A stretch of DNA of 64,000 bases, taken from Spirochaetia bacterium (lineage in GTDB: Bacteria; Spirochaetota; Spirochaetia; SZUA-6; Bin103). Below are positions 20,193 through 31,177 of this stretch, in pieces (position 1 is the stretch's first letter; each line of letters opens with the position of its first letter). The position numbers and the translations under genes were made by a program. The stretch covers positions 5,056,001-5,120,000 of the forward strand of contig CBDBDQ010000005.1 of the NCBI GenBank assembly GCA_965203905.1, written 5' to 3'. Under the pieces are notes generated by a model. The model had not been told where the DNA came from and did not search any database. It saw nothing but the letters and a program-made list of their open reading frames with translations.

Positions 20193-21368
20193 ATGGCCGC
20201 TGTCCGCCAACCGCTGAACGAGGTAACCCGCTCGATGCGCGTGCGCTGGTATCGCAGTCCGATCGAGCCACAGGTGCTGCGGCGCCTGATGCAGCGCAGC
20301 GACCTGCAGGGCTGGCTGCAAGCGGGGGGCAATCTGGCGCTGTTGGCCGCCACCGCGACGCTCACCTGGTACCTGTTCCTGCAGCAGGCGTGGGTCGGCT
20401 TCGCGCTGGCGCTCTATCTCCATTGCACGGTCGGCAGCTTCCTCAGCGCCGCCTGTCACGAGCTGGACCACGGCACCGTGTTCAAGACCAAGCGGCTCAA
20501 CCGCATCTTCCTGCGCGTTTACTCGTTGCTGGCATGGTTCAACTTTCATGACTACGCTCTCAGCCACACCTACCACCACCGCTACACGCTGCATCCGGAC
20601 GGCGATCGCGAGGTAGTGCTGCCGCAGTCGCCGACGCTGCGCTGGCTGTACGTGCTGCAATTGCTGACGATCAACATCACCGGCGGGCCGATGTGTCGCG
20701 GCTTGTGGCCGATCCTCCGCTACACCGTGACCGCAGCGCTCGGGTTGCCGATGAGGGCGGACACGGTCGGCGATACCGAGCCGGTCGGCGTGCGCGCCCA
20801 GGAATGGATCGTAGCCCTGTACCAGGCGCACCCGGAAGAGCGGCGCAAGTCGATTCGCTGGGCGCAGATCCTGCTGCTGTTCCACGGCGCGGTGCTGGTG
20901 GTGGCGATCGCCTCCGGGCTGTGGCTGTTGCCGGTGCTGATCAGCCTGCCGGCGGCGGTAGCCAACTGGTGGCGCTACCTGGTGTTCATGCCGATGCACT
21001 GCGGCCTGCGCGACAATGTCGCCGACTTCCGCAAGTGCGTGCGCAGCATCAAGATCGACCCGGTCTCATCGTTCCTGTACTGGCGCATGAACTGGCACAT
21101 GGAGCATCACATGTACGCCGGCGTGCCGTGCTACAACCTGCGCCGGCTCAGCCGCACGATCGCCGCCGACTGCCCCCCGCCGCGCACCCTTATCGGCGCC
21201 TGGCGCGAAATGCGCGTCGCCTGGGTGCGCCAGCGCACGGATCCCGACTACCAGTACGACACGCCGGTGCCGACCCCGGCGCACACCGCGGCTGCAAACG
21301 GTACCCGCACCGACGACGCGCTCGGTGGCTCCATCGGCGACCTGGCGCCGGTCGTGCTCGAGCGATAG
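20193..21368 (+). CDS. fatty acid desaturase family membrane protein
   Basis: His boxes HELDH, HTYHH and HMEHH; VPCYNL. Confidence 0.88.
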   Translation: MAAVRQPLNEVTRSMRVRWYRSPIEPQVLRRLMQRSDLQGWLQAGGNLALLAATATLTWYLFLQQAWVGFALALYLHCTVGSFLSAACHELDHGTVFKTKRLNRIFLRVYSLLAWFNFHDYALSHTYHHRYTLHPDGDREVVLPQSPTLRWLYVLQLLTINITGGPMCRGLWPILRYTVTAALGLPMRADTVGDTEPVGVRAQEWIVALYQAHPEERRKSIRWAQILLLFHGAVLVVAIASGLWLLPVLISLPAAVANWWRYLVFMPMHCGLRDNVADFRKCVRSIKIDPVSSFLYWRMNWHMEHHMYAGVPCYNLRRLSRTIAADCPPPRTLIGAWREMRVAWVRQRTDPDYQYDTPVPTPAHTAAANGTRTDDALGGSIGDLAPVVLER

Positions 21369-21386
21369 TCAAGTACGGATCGCCCA

Positions 21387-22385
21387 TCATTCCGCCCAGA
21401 ACGGCACGTACTCGCGATATTTCGGCGGCGCTTCAGGCAGGCGGATGGCAACCAGACCCGCCTTCACGGCCTCTCCGATCAGACGCGACGCGATCGCCCG
21501 GTTCTTTTCGTCGATTCCGAACCGCTCACGAATCGACCTGTTGGTCATGCTGTGGCGTTGTACGTACCTCAGGCAGGCATGCAGATAGCAGGCACGCTCA
21601 CGTTCCGTCTTGTCCATTTCAGCGAGGTTCTTTCGGGAGAACAACACCACCCGCGTGAAGTTGGGAGGGGTCTCGAACAGCGGTGCGGGCAGGTGGTAGC
21701 GTTCGATCGCGGCCACCACCTTGTCAATCCCGCTGCCACGCTCCTCGCAAATCCGGAACCGACGCATGAGCGATGCAAGCACCTCGTTGCGTGATCGCGG
21801 CGGCCTATCGGGAAAGCGCTGGGTATCCACCAGCGGCTCGCCCGGGTTCGTGATCTCGATGCGATCCGGGAATATCTCCACCATCGGTCCGGCGCCAGTT
21901 GCGAGAAAATCCTGGTGGATCAGGGCATTCGCCACCAGTTCACGTACCGCAATTTCGGGGAACGCCGGCACCGTGTGGCGCAAGGCCTGACCAATGACCT
22001 CTGTCGCCGGCAGCCGGGCATTGATGTAGGCGAGCAGGCTCTCGAAGCCGCCAGCGTAGCCTCGCGAGGCTTCGGATTCCTTCAGCGTTTCGGTGCGTCC
22101 TGCACGCCGGTACTCGATCACCCGAACGGCCTTCCGTTGCAGGGACCGAAAGTCGCCCAGGTTCCTGGCGAGCAGCACGGCCCCCACATTGGTGATGTCG
22201 AACCCACCTGCCGCGCAAGGAGCGATCAGCCGATCCGTCTGCAGCACGTCAAGGATCGCCGTGTGGCCGTCCGGCAAAGCTACGTCCAGGAGCTCGAAGT
22301 AGGCAGGGTAGTCGAGCTTGCGCAGCACATTTTCGGCGCTCATCCGCTCTGCGGCGATGCCATCTTCGAAACTGCGAGTCACCAC
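21387..22385 (-). pseudogene. RecG-C/HATPase_c_4 plus HTH protein lacking its N-terminal (AlbA/Schlafen) domain
   Basis: AVRELVANALIHQDF; IEITNPG; RNE.LA..MRR..ICEERGSG. Confidence 0.7.
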
Positions 22386-22431
22386 GTTCCCCGTGCCGGT
22401 GTCACGAGCCGCCAGAACCGACGATTCCTTC

Positions 22432-24381
22432 TCATCGATCCACGAGCCAGGCCAGGTTGAACGAGTAGTGGTTGCTGCTGCTGATGAGTTGGATGCGGCC
22501 GTCGGCGGACTGGCAGGCGGTGAGATAGCCGTTCACCTCGGCGTTTCCGGGGCCCATCAGGCAGGGGACTCCATCCATCGCTTCGATGACGCGGTCGGGT
22601 CCGCCGTCGCTGACCAAGCGGCGAAACGGCCAGGTCTCGCCGTCGTCGAAGGATAGCGCGCAGTACATGCCGCAAACTGCCCTGCGGCCGCCGGCGTCGA
22701 CGACGGTGAAGGCGCCATCCGACTCCGCCACTGCATTGGCGAAGGAGATGAGGAGAATCGGATCGGTGCCGGCGCTGCAGGTTCCTCGCAGGCGCTTGAG
22801 CACCAGCCGCTGTGAGCCGCCGATGGGGAGAAACGGACTGGCGGAGTAGTTCCACGTCTTGCCGCGGTCCGCGGAAACGCTCATCGCCAGGGTCCCGTCC
22901 ACCTCGTCGCCGCGTCCGAAGGCCAGCAGCCGGCCGTCGGCGAGCTCCACCGCCGATGCATGGATCCCGGCGATGGTGCCGCCGGCATCCCGCCACGTCT
23001 CGCCGCCGTCGGCGCTCATCCACAGGGCGGTGCCGCCGTCGCCGATGCTGACCGCGTCGCACGGCAGCACCAGGGTTCCGTCGCGGAGCGTGAACGCCGC
23101 CGCGATCGGCATCTGGCGCGGGCCGTGCTCGCCGCTGATGAACCTGGCCCGGCTCCAGGTGGCGCCGCTGTCGTCGGAGGTGCGCAGGATGGTCCGCAGC
23201 GGCCCCCAGGTGGCGGCGGCTGACATGCCGTTGAAGTGGTACATCCGTGCTCCGTCGCAGAGCAGGGCCGGCGCGTGGTCGTTGCGGTCGGGGGCGTCCC
23301 AGAACACCGATGCTGGCTCCCAGGAGTCGGTTCCGGCGCGCAGACGGCTGGCCAGAATGCCCAGTTCGCGGCCGGGTTCCTCGACGCAGCTATACCAGAT
23401 GGCCAGGAGGTCGCCGTTGGGACACTGGCAGATCGCCGGATCGTGGTTGTGGGTGCTGAACAGGGGCCCGTAGGAACGGGGAGGTAGGTGCACGTAGCGG
23501 GCCGGCCCGCGGAACAACGGCGCATCGTCGGTACCTGACGCCTCGGCGGGTACGGTAGTCTGTCGAACGTTGTTGGCGTGCAACTCCACCGGCGCCTTGC
23601 GAGCCGGTCTCGGCGGCACCGGACGATCGGCGCACACGACCCGGAACCCGATCAGCCAGTTGCGTTCTTCCGGCAGCGCCGCCGCACGGTTGGCGGACCG
23701 GAGATAGTAGGTCTCGGTCGAGTGGCTGCCGCCGCGGGTGACCCGGAAATCGCCATCGGGTGGACCGGTGGGGTCGCTGGCGTCGCGGTCGAGGTACGGG
23801 CCGTACCAGTCCAGGCACCACTCCTCGACGTTGCCGTGCATGTCGCACAAGCCCCACGGGTTGGGGGGCGTGCGGCCGACGTGCAGCGGGACGACGTTGT
23901 CGCCGGTGGTGCGCGACGGGTCGGGAAACCAGGTGCGGCGCTGGTTCTTTGCCACCCCCGGCGGCGGTGCATCTCCGCTGGAGAACGGTGTCGAGGATCC
24001 GGCCCGGCACGCGTACTCCCACTCCGCCTCGGTGGGCAGGCGGAATCCGGCGCCCTCGCGCTCGGACAGCCAGCGGCAGTAGGCGGCGGCGTCATCCCAG
24101 CTCACGAACACCACCGCTTCGTCGTCATCACTTGAGAACCCCAGCTTGCCGCGCAGTTCCCGGTGCGCCGGGTCGAACATCTCGTACTGGGCGTTGGTCA
24201 CCTGGCACTCCGCCAGGTAGAACGGCCTGGTGACGGTAACCCGGTGCACGGGCACCTCGTCGAAGTCGCCGTAGCGGAAGCAGGAGGGTGACAGCAGGGC
24301 GTCGGGCAGCGCCCGGTCGTTTCCCATCAGGAACGAACCGGCAGCGACGCGCCGCAGCCGCATGCCCGTCGTAGTGATCAT
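22432..24381 (-). CDS. SUMF1/FGE-sulfatase domain fused to a BNR-repeat sialidase-like domain
   Basis: RLPTEAEWEYACRAG; NPWGLCDMHGNVEEW; Asp boxes SDDSGATW, SADGGETW, SADRGKTW and SFDDGETW; GGAGG RBS. Confidence 0.85.
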   Translation of the reverse strand: MITTTGMRLRRVAAGSFLMGNDRALPDALLSPSCFRYGDFDEVPVHRVTVTRPFYLAECQVTNAQYEMFDPAHRELRGKLGFSSDDDEAVVFVSWDDAAAYCRWLSEREGAGFRLPTEAEWEYACRAGSSTPFSSGDAPPPGVAKNQRRTWFPDPSRTTGDNVVPLHVGRTPPNPWGLCDMHGNVEEWCLDWYGPYLDRDASDPTGPPDGDFRVTRGGSHSTETYYLRSANRAAALPEERNWLIGFRVVCADRPVPPRPARKAPVELHANNVRQTTVPAEASGTDDAPLFRGPARYVHLPPRSYGPLFSTHNHDPAICQCPNGDLLAIWYSCVEEPGRELGILASRLRAGTDSWEPASVFWDAPDRNDHAPALLCDGARMYHFNGMSAAATWGPLRTILRTSDDSGATWSRARFISGEHGPRQMPIAAAFTLRDGTLVLPCDAVSIGDGGTALWMSADGGETWRDAGGTIAGIHASAVELADGRLLAFGRGDEVDGTLAMSVSADRGKTWNYSASPFLPIGGSQRLVLKRLRGTCSAGTDPILLISFANAVAESDGAFTVVDAGGRRAVCGMYCALSFDDGETWPFRRLVSDGGPDRVIEAMDGVPCLMGPGNAEVNGYLTACQSADGRIQLISSSNHYSFNLAWLVDR

Positions 24382-24508
24382 GGTAAGCCCTCCAAGGTCG
24401 ACTGATTCTGACGAACTGGTGACGAAGTATGACCGCACCAGGTCGGCGCGCCAATACCCAACTTGATCGACGCTGTATTCTCGACTACGATCCAGTCGAA
24501 GGCGTTCC

Positions 24509-24739
24509 ATGAGTGAAACGGGCGATGGTTCTGTAGAACTTGGTAGAGTGGTTTCTCGTAACCCCGAAATTCATAGCGGGGACTTGGTATTCGCGGCGAC
24601 TCGCGTGCCGGTAGATACGCTTGTCGACTATCTCAAGGGCGATCATTCCGTTGAAGAATTCCTGAGGGATTTTCCGACCGTCGAGCGGTGGCAGGTGGAG
24701 TCGTACCTTGAACTCTCACCTGACGGCATTGAAAACTGA
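24509..24739 (+). CDS. DUF433 antitoxin
   Basis: NPEIHSG..VF..TRVPV..L...L. Confidence 0.85.
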   Translation: MSETGDGSVELGRVVSRNPEIHSGDLVFAATRVPVDTLVDYLKGDHSVEEFLRDFPTVERWQVESYLELSPDGIEN

Positions 24740-24757
24740 GACTCTGACCGTCATCGA

Positions 24758-24990
24758 GTGAGGGTACTGCTCGACGAGGATATTCCGATCAGACTCAGGC
24801 TTCACTTCCAGGCGAACGTCGAAGTCGAAACGGTCGAGTACCGAGGATGGAAGGGCCTGAAGAATGGTGCATTGCTACGCGCTGCTCAGGATCACTTCGA
24901 TCTACTCGTAACAACAGAACAACCTGCCCAATCAGCAGCCTCTTGAGCGGTTTGACCTTGCGGTCGTGATCTTGCCTGAGGATCTATCCT
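24758..24990 (+). pseudogene. DUF5615 PIN-like toxin, frameshifted and truncated
   Basis: VRVLLDED; GWKGLKNGALL; NLPNQQ...LAVVIL continues in another frame. Confidence 0.75.
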
Positions 24991-25101
24991 CCCGAGTAAC
25001 ATGAGATCGGTCTACGGCGACCTGATCCGGACCGGGTACGACACCCGCGGGATCGTTGGCACCGGTATCATCGCCCGCGCCGTTGCGGGTAGGCTGCGCC
25101 C

Positions 25102-26520
25102 ATGAGCAGCCGTCGACCCAACATCGTGTTCGTGTTCTCGGACCAGCAGCGCTACAGCGCCCTCGGCGCCAACGGCAACCCGGTGGTACGTACCCCCGTG
25201 CTCGACCGGATGGCAGGCGAGGGCATGGTCTGCGACAATATGTTCTCGAACCATCCGCTGTGCTCGCCGTACCGGGCCATTCTCCTCACCGGCCAGTTCG
25301 GCTGGCGCAACGGCGTGATCGACAACGAGTACCGGCCGCGGCGCGACATTCCCACCCTGCCGGGAACCTTGCGCGAGCACGGCTACGGCACCGCTCACGT
25401 GGGCACCTTCCACCTCGGCAAGGGACCGTATACCGAGGAAGGCAGGTACGGGATCGACTACCTGGCCGCGGTCGGCATCGGCCGCGGGTACTTCGACCAG
25501 GGCTACTACGAGAACGAGCGTGGGCCGGTCACCTTCCCGGGCTGGGGGCCGACCGTCGAGACGGACTTGGCGATCCGCTACCTGGAGCGCCACCGCGAGG
25601 AGCGGCCGGACGACCCGTTCGCCCTGTTCCTGTCGTGGCGGCCCCCGCACTGGCCGTACGAGCAGTTTCCCGATTCCATCGAGCGCTACGATCCGGCCAC
25701 GGTCGACCTGCCGGCCAACGTGCCCGATGCCCTGGCCGACCACGCCCGCCGCGAGCTGGCCGACTACTATTCCTGCTGCACCGGGCTCGACGTGGAGATG
25801 GGCCGCCTGCTGGCCGCTCTCGACCGCCTGCAGGTCGCGGACGACACCATCGTCTGCTACACCTCGGACCACGGCGACCACATCCGCGCCCACGGCTACG
25901 GCAAGCCGAACGAGACTTGGCTGCACCACACCCGCCGCGCCTCCAAGGCCACCCCGTACGAGGATTCCGCCCACGTGCCGTTCGTCGTTCGCTGGCCGGG
26001 CAACACCCCGCCGGGCACGCGCAGCGACGCCTTCATGGGCGCCATCGACATCGTGCCGAGCCTGCTCGGCGCGTGCGGCGTGCCGTTGCCGGCCGGCCTG
26101 CAGGGCCGCGACCTGTCGCCGGTGTGGCGCGGGCGGCCGGTACCTGCGGACCCGCCGCACGCCCCGGGCGCCAGCGAATCGGTGTACCTGATGAACATGG
26201 CCAACGGCTGGCCCAACCGCTACGGCTGGGTGGGGCGCTGGCGCGCCGTGCGCACCGCGCGCTACACCTATGCCCGCTGGTACGCCAACGAGCGCAGTCC
26301 CTGGCTGTTCGACCGCCGGGAAGACCCGCTGGAGATGGACAACCTCGTGTACTCGGCGCCCGCGCGCCCGGTCGTGCAGGAGATGGAGGAGCGCCTGCAC
26401 CGCTGGATGGAGGCCACCGGCGACCCGTTCGAGCACGGCGCCCGCGGTCCGCGCGGTTTCGTCGAGGTGGGCCAGCAGTGGGCGGACTCGGACAAGTGGG
26501 CGGAGTGGGGGACGAGCTGA
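25102..26520 (+). CDS. sulfatase
   Basis: RPNIVFVFSDQ; CSPYR; YTSDHGD. Confidence 0.92.
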   Translation: MSSRRPNIVFVFSDQQRYSALGANGNPVVRTPVLDRMAGEGMVCDNMFSNHPLCSPYRAILLTGQFGWRNGVIDNEYRPRRDIPTLPGTLREHGYGTAHVGTFHLGKGPYTEEGRYGIDYLAAVGIGRGYFDQGYYENERGPVTFPGWGPTVETDLAIRYLERHREERPDDPFALFLSWRPPHWPYEQFPDSIERYDPATVDLPANVPDALADHARRELADYYSCCTGLDVEMGRLLAALDRLQVADDTIVCYTSDHGDHIRAHGYGKPNETWLHHTRRASKATPYEDSAHVPFVVRWPGNTPPGTRSDAFMGAIDIVPSLLGACGVPLPAGLQGRDLSPVWRGRPVPADPPHAPGASESVYLMNMANGWPNRYGWVGRWRAVRTARYTYARWYANERSPWLFDRREDPLEMDNLVYSAPARPVVQEMEERLHRWMEATGDPFEHGARGPRGFVEVGQQWADSDKWAEWGTS

Positions 26521-26572
26521 CGCGATGCCCGCCGGGCATCGTCTGCCACCGCAACGGTGGAACCCCGACCGC

Positions 26573-27290
26573 TCACATCCCCCACACCGTGATCCGGTGC
26601 TGGTCATCGGTGCGTTCGGCGCGGCGGAAGATCTTGTCCTCCCACCGCTTGCCTGCGCCGCGGTCGAAGATGACCAGGTGGCCCGCCTGCGCCGCGCACC
26701 GGTCCATGTAGTCGGCGGTCTGCAGCAACCCCTCGCGGACCGTGCGCTCCAGGCTCCCGTGCAGCACCTTGCACTCGATGACGAATCTGCCCGCGGCGTG
26801 CGGTCCCGCGCCACCGGGTCGCGGCCAGATGATCAGCAGATCGGTGCGCCCCCGCCCGAGGCCGTACTCGCGCTCCATGCGCCCGCCGCTGTTCACGATC
26901 CGTTGCAGGAACGCCTGCAGCAGGAGCTGCGGACCCGCCTCGGCGTAGTCGAAGCGCGCCACCCCCCGCTTCGCGGCCCTGCGGGGCTCGGAGTGCTCGC
27001 GGAAGAACCCCTGGAAGTCGGCCAGCAGCTTGTCCAGGTCGAGGCCGCCGTCGGCGTCCACGTACCACACCGGATCCTGCAGCAGCTTCTCCTGGACTGC
27101 GTAGGTGAGCTCTCGGGGAACCACCTCGGCGTAGATAGGATTGGCCATGCGCGGCAGCCTGTCACGGGCAACGAGGCCGAGGTCGCGCACGTACTCCAGG
27201 TCGCGGGTCGACGAGTGGTCCACGCTGGCCCCACTCAGCAGCGGCTCGATCACGCGCCGCACGCGCGCCTCCTTGAGCTTGTCGGTTGAG
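26573..27290 (-). pseudogene. C-terminal fragment of an AAA-ATPase / PD-(D/E)XK nuclease protein
   Basis: ANPIYAEVVPREL; EAGPQLLLQAFLQRIVNSGG; REYGLGRGRTDL; VIECK; ITVWGM; no ATPase N-terminus. Confidence 0.75.
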
Positions 27291-27466
27291 CTGCTCCTGC
27301 GCGTCGAGGATCGCGTCGTTGGATGAACATGTCCGCGGCTCAACGCCGGGGACGACCACGGCACCGCCGAACATGTAGAGACTGTCAACGAATCCCGCAT
27401 GGCTTCGCTGAGCTAACCGGAGCCTACACGGTCAGGGTGTAAGAAGCGCACGCCCTGCCCGCCACC

Positions 27467-27494
27467 TTGACTGTACCCTTAACCTGGGTACACT
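27467..27494 (+). promoter_or_regulatory. TA promoter with operator palindrome
   Basis: TTGACT-16-TACACT overlapping the inverted repeat TGTACCC/GGGTACA; GTG at 27501 suggests a leaderless mRNA. Confidence 0.65.
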
Positions 27495-27776
27495 GTGTCA
27501 GTGGAAGTCCAGCTGTCCAAGGCTGCGAGGAAGCAACTTGCCAAGGTTCCGCAACATATCGTCCGAAAGTTCGCCCTCTGGCGCGACCTGGTCCGTTTTG
27601 AAGGGCTCGCCGCAGCTCGGGCAGTCCCAGGCTTCAGGGATCACCCCCTCCACGCTGACTGGCGGGGGTACAGGGCCGTCCGGCTCAGCGACGCTTACCG
27701 AGCCATCTATATCGTGCACAGCGCAGGGTCTGTCGAGACCGTCTACGTCGAAGAGGTAAACAAGCATGACTACTAA
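27495..27776 (+). CDS. RelE/HigB-like mRNA interferase toxin
   Basis: ARKQLAKVP; FRDHPL...W.GYRAVRL...YRAIY; EEVNKHDY. Confidence 0.8.
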   Translation: MSVEVQLSKAARKQLAKVPQHIVRKFALWRDLVRFEGLAAARAVPGFRDHPLHADWRGYRAVRLSDAYRAIYIVHSAGSVETVYVEEVNKHDY

Positions 27777-28086
27777 ACGCGGACACACCGAGTCGGACAC
27801 CGCATACATCGAGAACTTGATTGGAGGCCCCTTGAGCCTCGGGGGCGCCTTGGGGGCAATCCGCGAAAGTGAAGGCGAAAGCCTCGCCCAGTTCGCGCAG
27901 CGGCTGGGTGTTTCCCGTACGCACCTCTCGGATATCGAGCATGGAAGGCGTTCTTTGAGTCTGGAGCGCGCCGCACAGTTCGCAGCCGCCCTGGGTCATA
28001 ACCAAGCGCAGTTCGTACGCCTGGCTCTCCAAGATCAAGTGCGCGAGGCAGGACTGAAGCTCCGTGTCGCCGTTCACGCCGGGTAG
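27766..28086 (+). CDS. XRE HTH antitoxin
   Basis: FAQRLGVSRTHLSDIEHGRR. Confidence 0.85.
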   Translation: MTTKRGHTESDTAYIENLIGGPLSLGGALGAIRESEGESLAQFAQRLGVSRTHLSDIEHGRRSLSLERAAQFAAALGHNQAQFVRLALQDQVREAGLKLRVAVHAG

Positions 28087-28539
28087 AGCGGCTTCCGGCG
28101 AATGCTGCCGAATAGTCGCTCGCAGCTGACGGGGCTGATAGCGTCTTGCGTCAACGAGTTTCTCTTTCGGTTGGCGCCGTCGCGGCGTCCGCGGTAGCCG
28201 CTTCAACCTGCTTCATCGGTGCCATGACGCGACCCGACCGACTGCCGTCGAGACGCACGTAGGCGGCTGATCTCTTCCGCAGAGAGTGGGCCTGCGATAC
28301 CTTCACCTGTTCCCCGCCGGGTGTGCCGGCGTCCGATGTGGTCCTCCGCGCACCTGGCGCGGTCCGCCGCACGCCATCGAAGCCGGCCCGCGACGCGAGC
28401 CGCGTGCACGATCGCGGCCATCGCTGTCGAGTTGCGCTGCCGGTGGCCGGCTGTCTCTATTACAAGGGGCCTTCGACACGGCAGATGAGATCGTCAGTAG
28501 GGATAGGCGTGTAAGCACACATACGCTTATGATGGTTGC

Positions 28540-28764
28540 ATGAGTACAACTCGATGGTCGCTGGTGGTCTCCGAAGCAACTGACCGCGCCCTGCGTACCT
28601 TCCTTGCGAGTCGGGGACTGAAGAAAGGGCATCTCTCGCAGTTTGTCGAGGACGCCGTGAGAGAAAAGCTGTTCGATCTGACCGTCGCAGAAGTCAAAGA
28701 GCGAAACGCGGGACAAACCGATGCTGTCATGCAGGCCGTCGAGGAGGCTCTCGAGCGAGCGTGA
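28540..28764 (+). CDS. ribbon-helix-helix antitoxin
   Basis: RWSLVVS..TDRALRTFLA....KG.LSQFVEDAV. Confidence 0.8.
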   Translation: MSTTRWSLVVSEATDRALRTFLASRGLKKGHLSQFVEDAVREKLFDLTVAEVKERNAGQTDAVMQAVEEALERA

Positions 28765-28767
28765 GGG

Positions 28768-29176
28768 GTGCGTGTTGTGCTCGACACCGGAATCCTCGTT
28801 GCCGCTCTGATCACACGGGACACGCCCCCAGACCAACTGTACCAGCTGTGGCGCAAGCGACGGTTCACGCTGATCACGTCCGAGCCGCAGTTAAGCGAGT
28901 TCCGGCGCGTCACTCGTTACCCGAAGCTACGTCGGTTCCTGAAAGCTCACGAAGCGCTGACTCCTGCGCGGGGTGCGTACGCGAGCTGTTGTTGTCCCAG
29001 GGCTGCCACAGATCGATCTTGTCGACGACCCCGACGACAATCTCGTGCTTGCCACTGCTCTCGCCGGCGAGGCTGACTATCTGGTCACCGGAGATCGGCG
29101 TCACCTACTGCACCTGAAGAAGGTGCAGCACACGAGGATCTTGACGGCACGTGAGCTCACAGAGTTGCTCAACTGA
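28768..29176 (+). pseudogene. PIN_3-family toxin, frameshifted
   Basis: VRVVLDTGILVAALI, then DPDDNLVLATALAGEADYLVTGD in the next frame. Confidence 0.8.
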
Positions 29177-29525
29177 CCGTTCCCGACGAACGGGACCGGC
29201 CGATGGCCATTCCAAGTTCTCGATCCCATCCCTGGCCTTACACCAGGCGGCGACTTGGCCCAACTCGAACGCCCCGTGCATCGGCTTCGCTGACCGGCCA
29301 GGTCAGCTCGAAGTGGCGCCTGGGCACCGCATTGTCGCCGCATCATCGGGCACCGCAGACCGACGGCGGGCAAACGCCAGCCAACCGCGAGCTGACGCGC
29401 GCGAGTCGATTGCCGGTCGGTGTGGTCGGAGCCAGGATCGGGCGCACGCCGGTTGGGGGCCCCAAAAAAGAAACCCTTCGTCTCGTTCGCGTTGGCCACT
29501 GGGAGCTCGTGAAGGTCCCGATGGA

Positions 29526-29819
29526 TCAAGCACCCTTTCTGCGCAGATGAATCTCGGGGACTGCTTCGAGCGCATCGGCCAGACGCCGGAGAAACGATAA
29601 CGATAGATTGCGGTAATTGCCCGATTCGACTCGGGCGATTGCGGGTTGAGATGTACCGACTCGTTCTGCGAGCTCCTTTTGCGTGAGGTTCAATCTCTTG
29701 CGCAGCGCAATGATCTCCGTGGCCAAGGTGAACTCCTCCTCTAGCGCCTCATACTCCCGCCTGAAGTTGGGGTCCCTAAGCTGCTCGTTCAGCAAATCCT
29801 GGTACCTGGTTGCCTTCAT
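29526..29819 (-). CDS. XRE HTH antitoxin
   Basis: LTQKELAERVGTSQPAIARVESG. Confidence 0.88.
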   Translation of the reverse strand: MKATRYQDLLNEQLRDPNFRREYEALEEEFTLATEIIALRKRLNLTQKELAERVGTSQPAIARVESGNYRNLSLSFLRRLADALEAVPEIHLRRKGA

Positions 29820-30151
29820 TGCTCGCTGGCCTCCTCGTACTGTCTCTTCAGTCTCATGGCTCTGTCGATCTCACTGCGACTGGTCCGGTGAGCCTTCTTG
29901 ACGTAGCCGGAAGTCACGACGTAGACCCTTTGTCCCTTGTGGAAGTAGAACAGTCTGCATGTGTTCGATCCTATCTGCGACCTGAGCTCGTGCAAGTCGC
30001 ACCCAGACAGCTTGCGTGCGTGCGGCATCGGAAGATGAGGCCCGAATCGCTCCAGAAGCTGGATGCAGCGAAAGGCCTTCGCTCGAAGCTTTGTCTCGAG
30101 CTTCCGTAGGAAGTCCTCCGCTGGCTGAAGCACGATGACTTCATAATCCAC
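29816..30151 (-). CDS. RelE/ParE (Gp49-like) toxin
   Basis: GPHLPMPHARKL; LHELR; RLFYF; GYVKK. Confidence 0.85.
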   Translation of the reverse strand: MDYEVIVLQPAEDFLRKLETKLRAKAFRCIQLLERFGPHLPMPHARKLSGCDLHELRSQIGSNTCRLFYFHKGQRVYVVTSGYVKKAHRTSRSEIDRAMRLKRQYEEASEQ

Positions 30152-30339
30152 TGAGTGTGTATACCACTATTGATATTGCCAGTCAAGGAACCCCGCCGCG
30201 GCGTTGCGAGCGATAGGCCTCGGACTGCCTCCGGACTTACCCAGCTGGGGCGGAATGCTCAGCCCCGAGCGGCGGGCAGGGCCACCGAGGTGAACGCTCG
30301 CCGGAACGGACGGCACACTGCGGCTTGGCCGTGGACCAC

Positions 30340-30460
30340 GGGACACTTCCCGCCAGGTATTCGAGAACGTCGTAGACCGTGATGCGATCTCTCGAATGCA
30401 CGGTCTGCCGAACGCGGGACCAGATCAACGATTATGTGATCCAGGAGATCCTGATGGCAT
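30340..30460 (-). pseudogene. DUF433 remnant
   Basis: LLDHIIVD and RITVYDVLEYLAG in broken frames. Confidence 0.6.
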
Positions 30461-30649
30461 CTCAGGATATTTGAGATGGGGATTGGTGAACACGGCCACA
30501 TGGGGATCCCTGTTGTCGGTCCAGGCCGAGATCAGCTTCATGTTCCCCGGACGCCTTCACCTCGGCACCGCCAACACTGAGCATAGTCTCGCGCTTCGAG
30601 CGAGCGTCACTCTTGCGGACGTCGCCGCCTAGGCGACCTCCTTGCCTCT

Positions 30650-30850
30650 CAGAAGGGGCCTTGGCGCATGGTCCGAATCGGCCAATGGGCCCTTTTGCCG
30701 GACCCCGGGTGTCGCCATTGTGCTGATGTCGCGGGCGCACTGCTAGTGACGGTTGGCCGGTGGTGCCAGCGTGGATGGTGGCGGCGTGAGAGGTAGCGCT
30801 GCCACGTCGTGCCGCCGCTTCATCGGCCGCGGCAGAGTTCGTAATCGGTG
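30650..30850 (+). repeat. dispersed non-coding repeat family, segment A
   Basis: Direct homolog at 39065-39240; 30652-30690 is inverted at 31554-31592. Confidence 0.8.
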
Positions 30851-30949
30851 CTGTTCCCGTGCGGTGGATCTGAAACCTCAGAGCGGTCAACGTTCTTCTT
30901 CCACCAACACCGAGATTGCCTTATCCTCGTATCAAGGGAGCCAGCACAG

Positions 30950-31177
30950 ATGCGTAGCCTCTCCGGCTTGGTTATCCAGGACTCAGAGATCATGTCAGGA
31001 ACGCCCGTATTCGCCGGCACACGGGTACCCGTCCAGAGTCTGTGGGACCATCTCGAAGCCGGCGACAGCCTGGACAAGTTCCTCGATTCCTTCCCCTCGG
31101 TGTCCCGCCGGCAGGCCAAGGAAGTGCTCGAGCTTGCCGGCGAACTGCTCATAGACCGTGCACATTCTGCTCGATGA
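30950..31177 (+). CDS. DUF433 antitoxin
   Basis: DSEIMSGTPVFAGTRVPV. Confidence 0.88.
   Translation: MRSLSGLVIQDSEIMSGTPVFAGTRVPVQSLWDHLEAGDSLDKFLDSFPSVSRRQAKEVLELAGELLIDRAHSAR

Noticed and set aside
28151-28372. Possible MazF-like remnant (VKVSQAHSL...MKQVEAA)
   Set aside because: Too degenerate to support without a profile search
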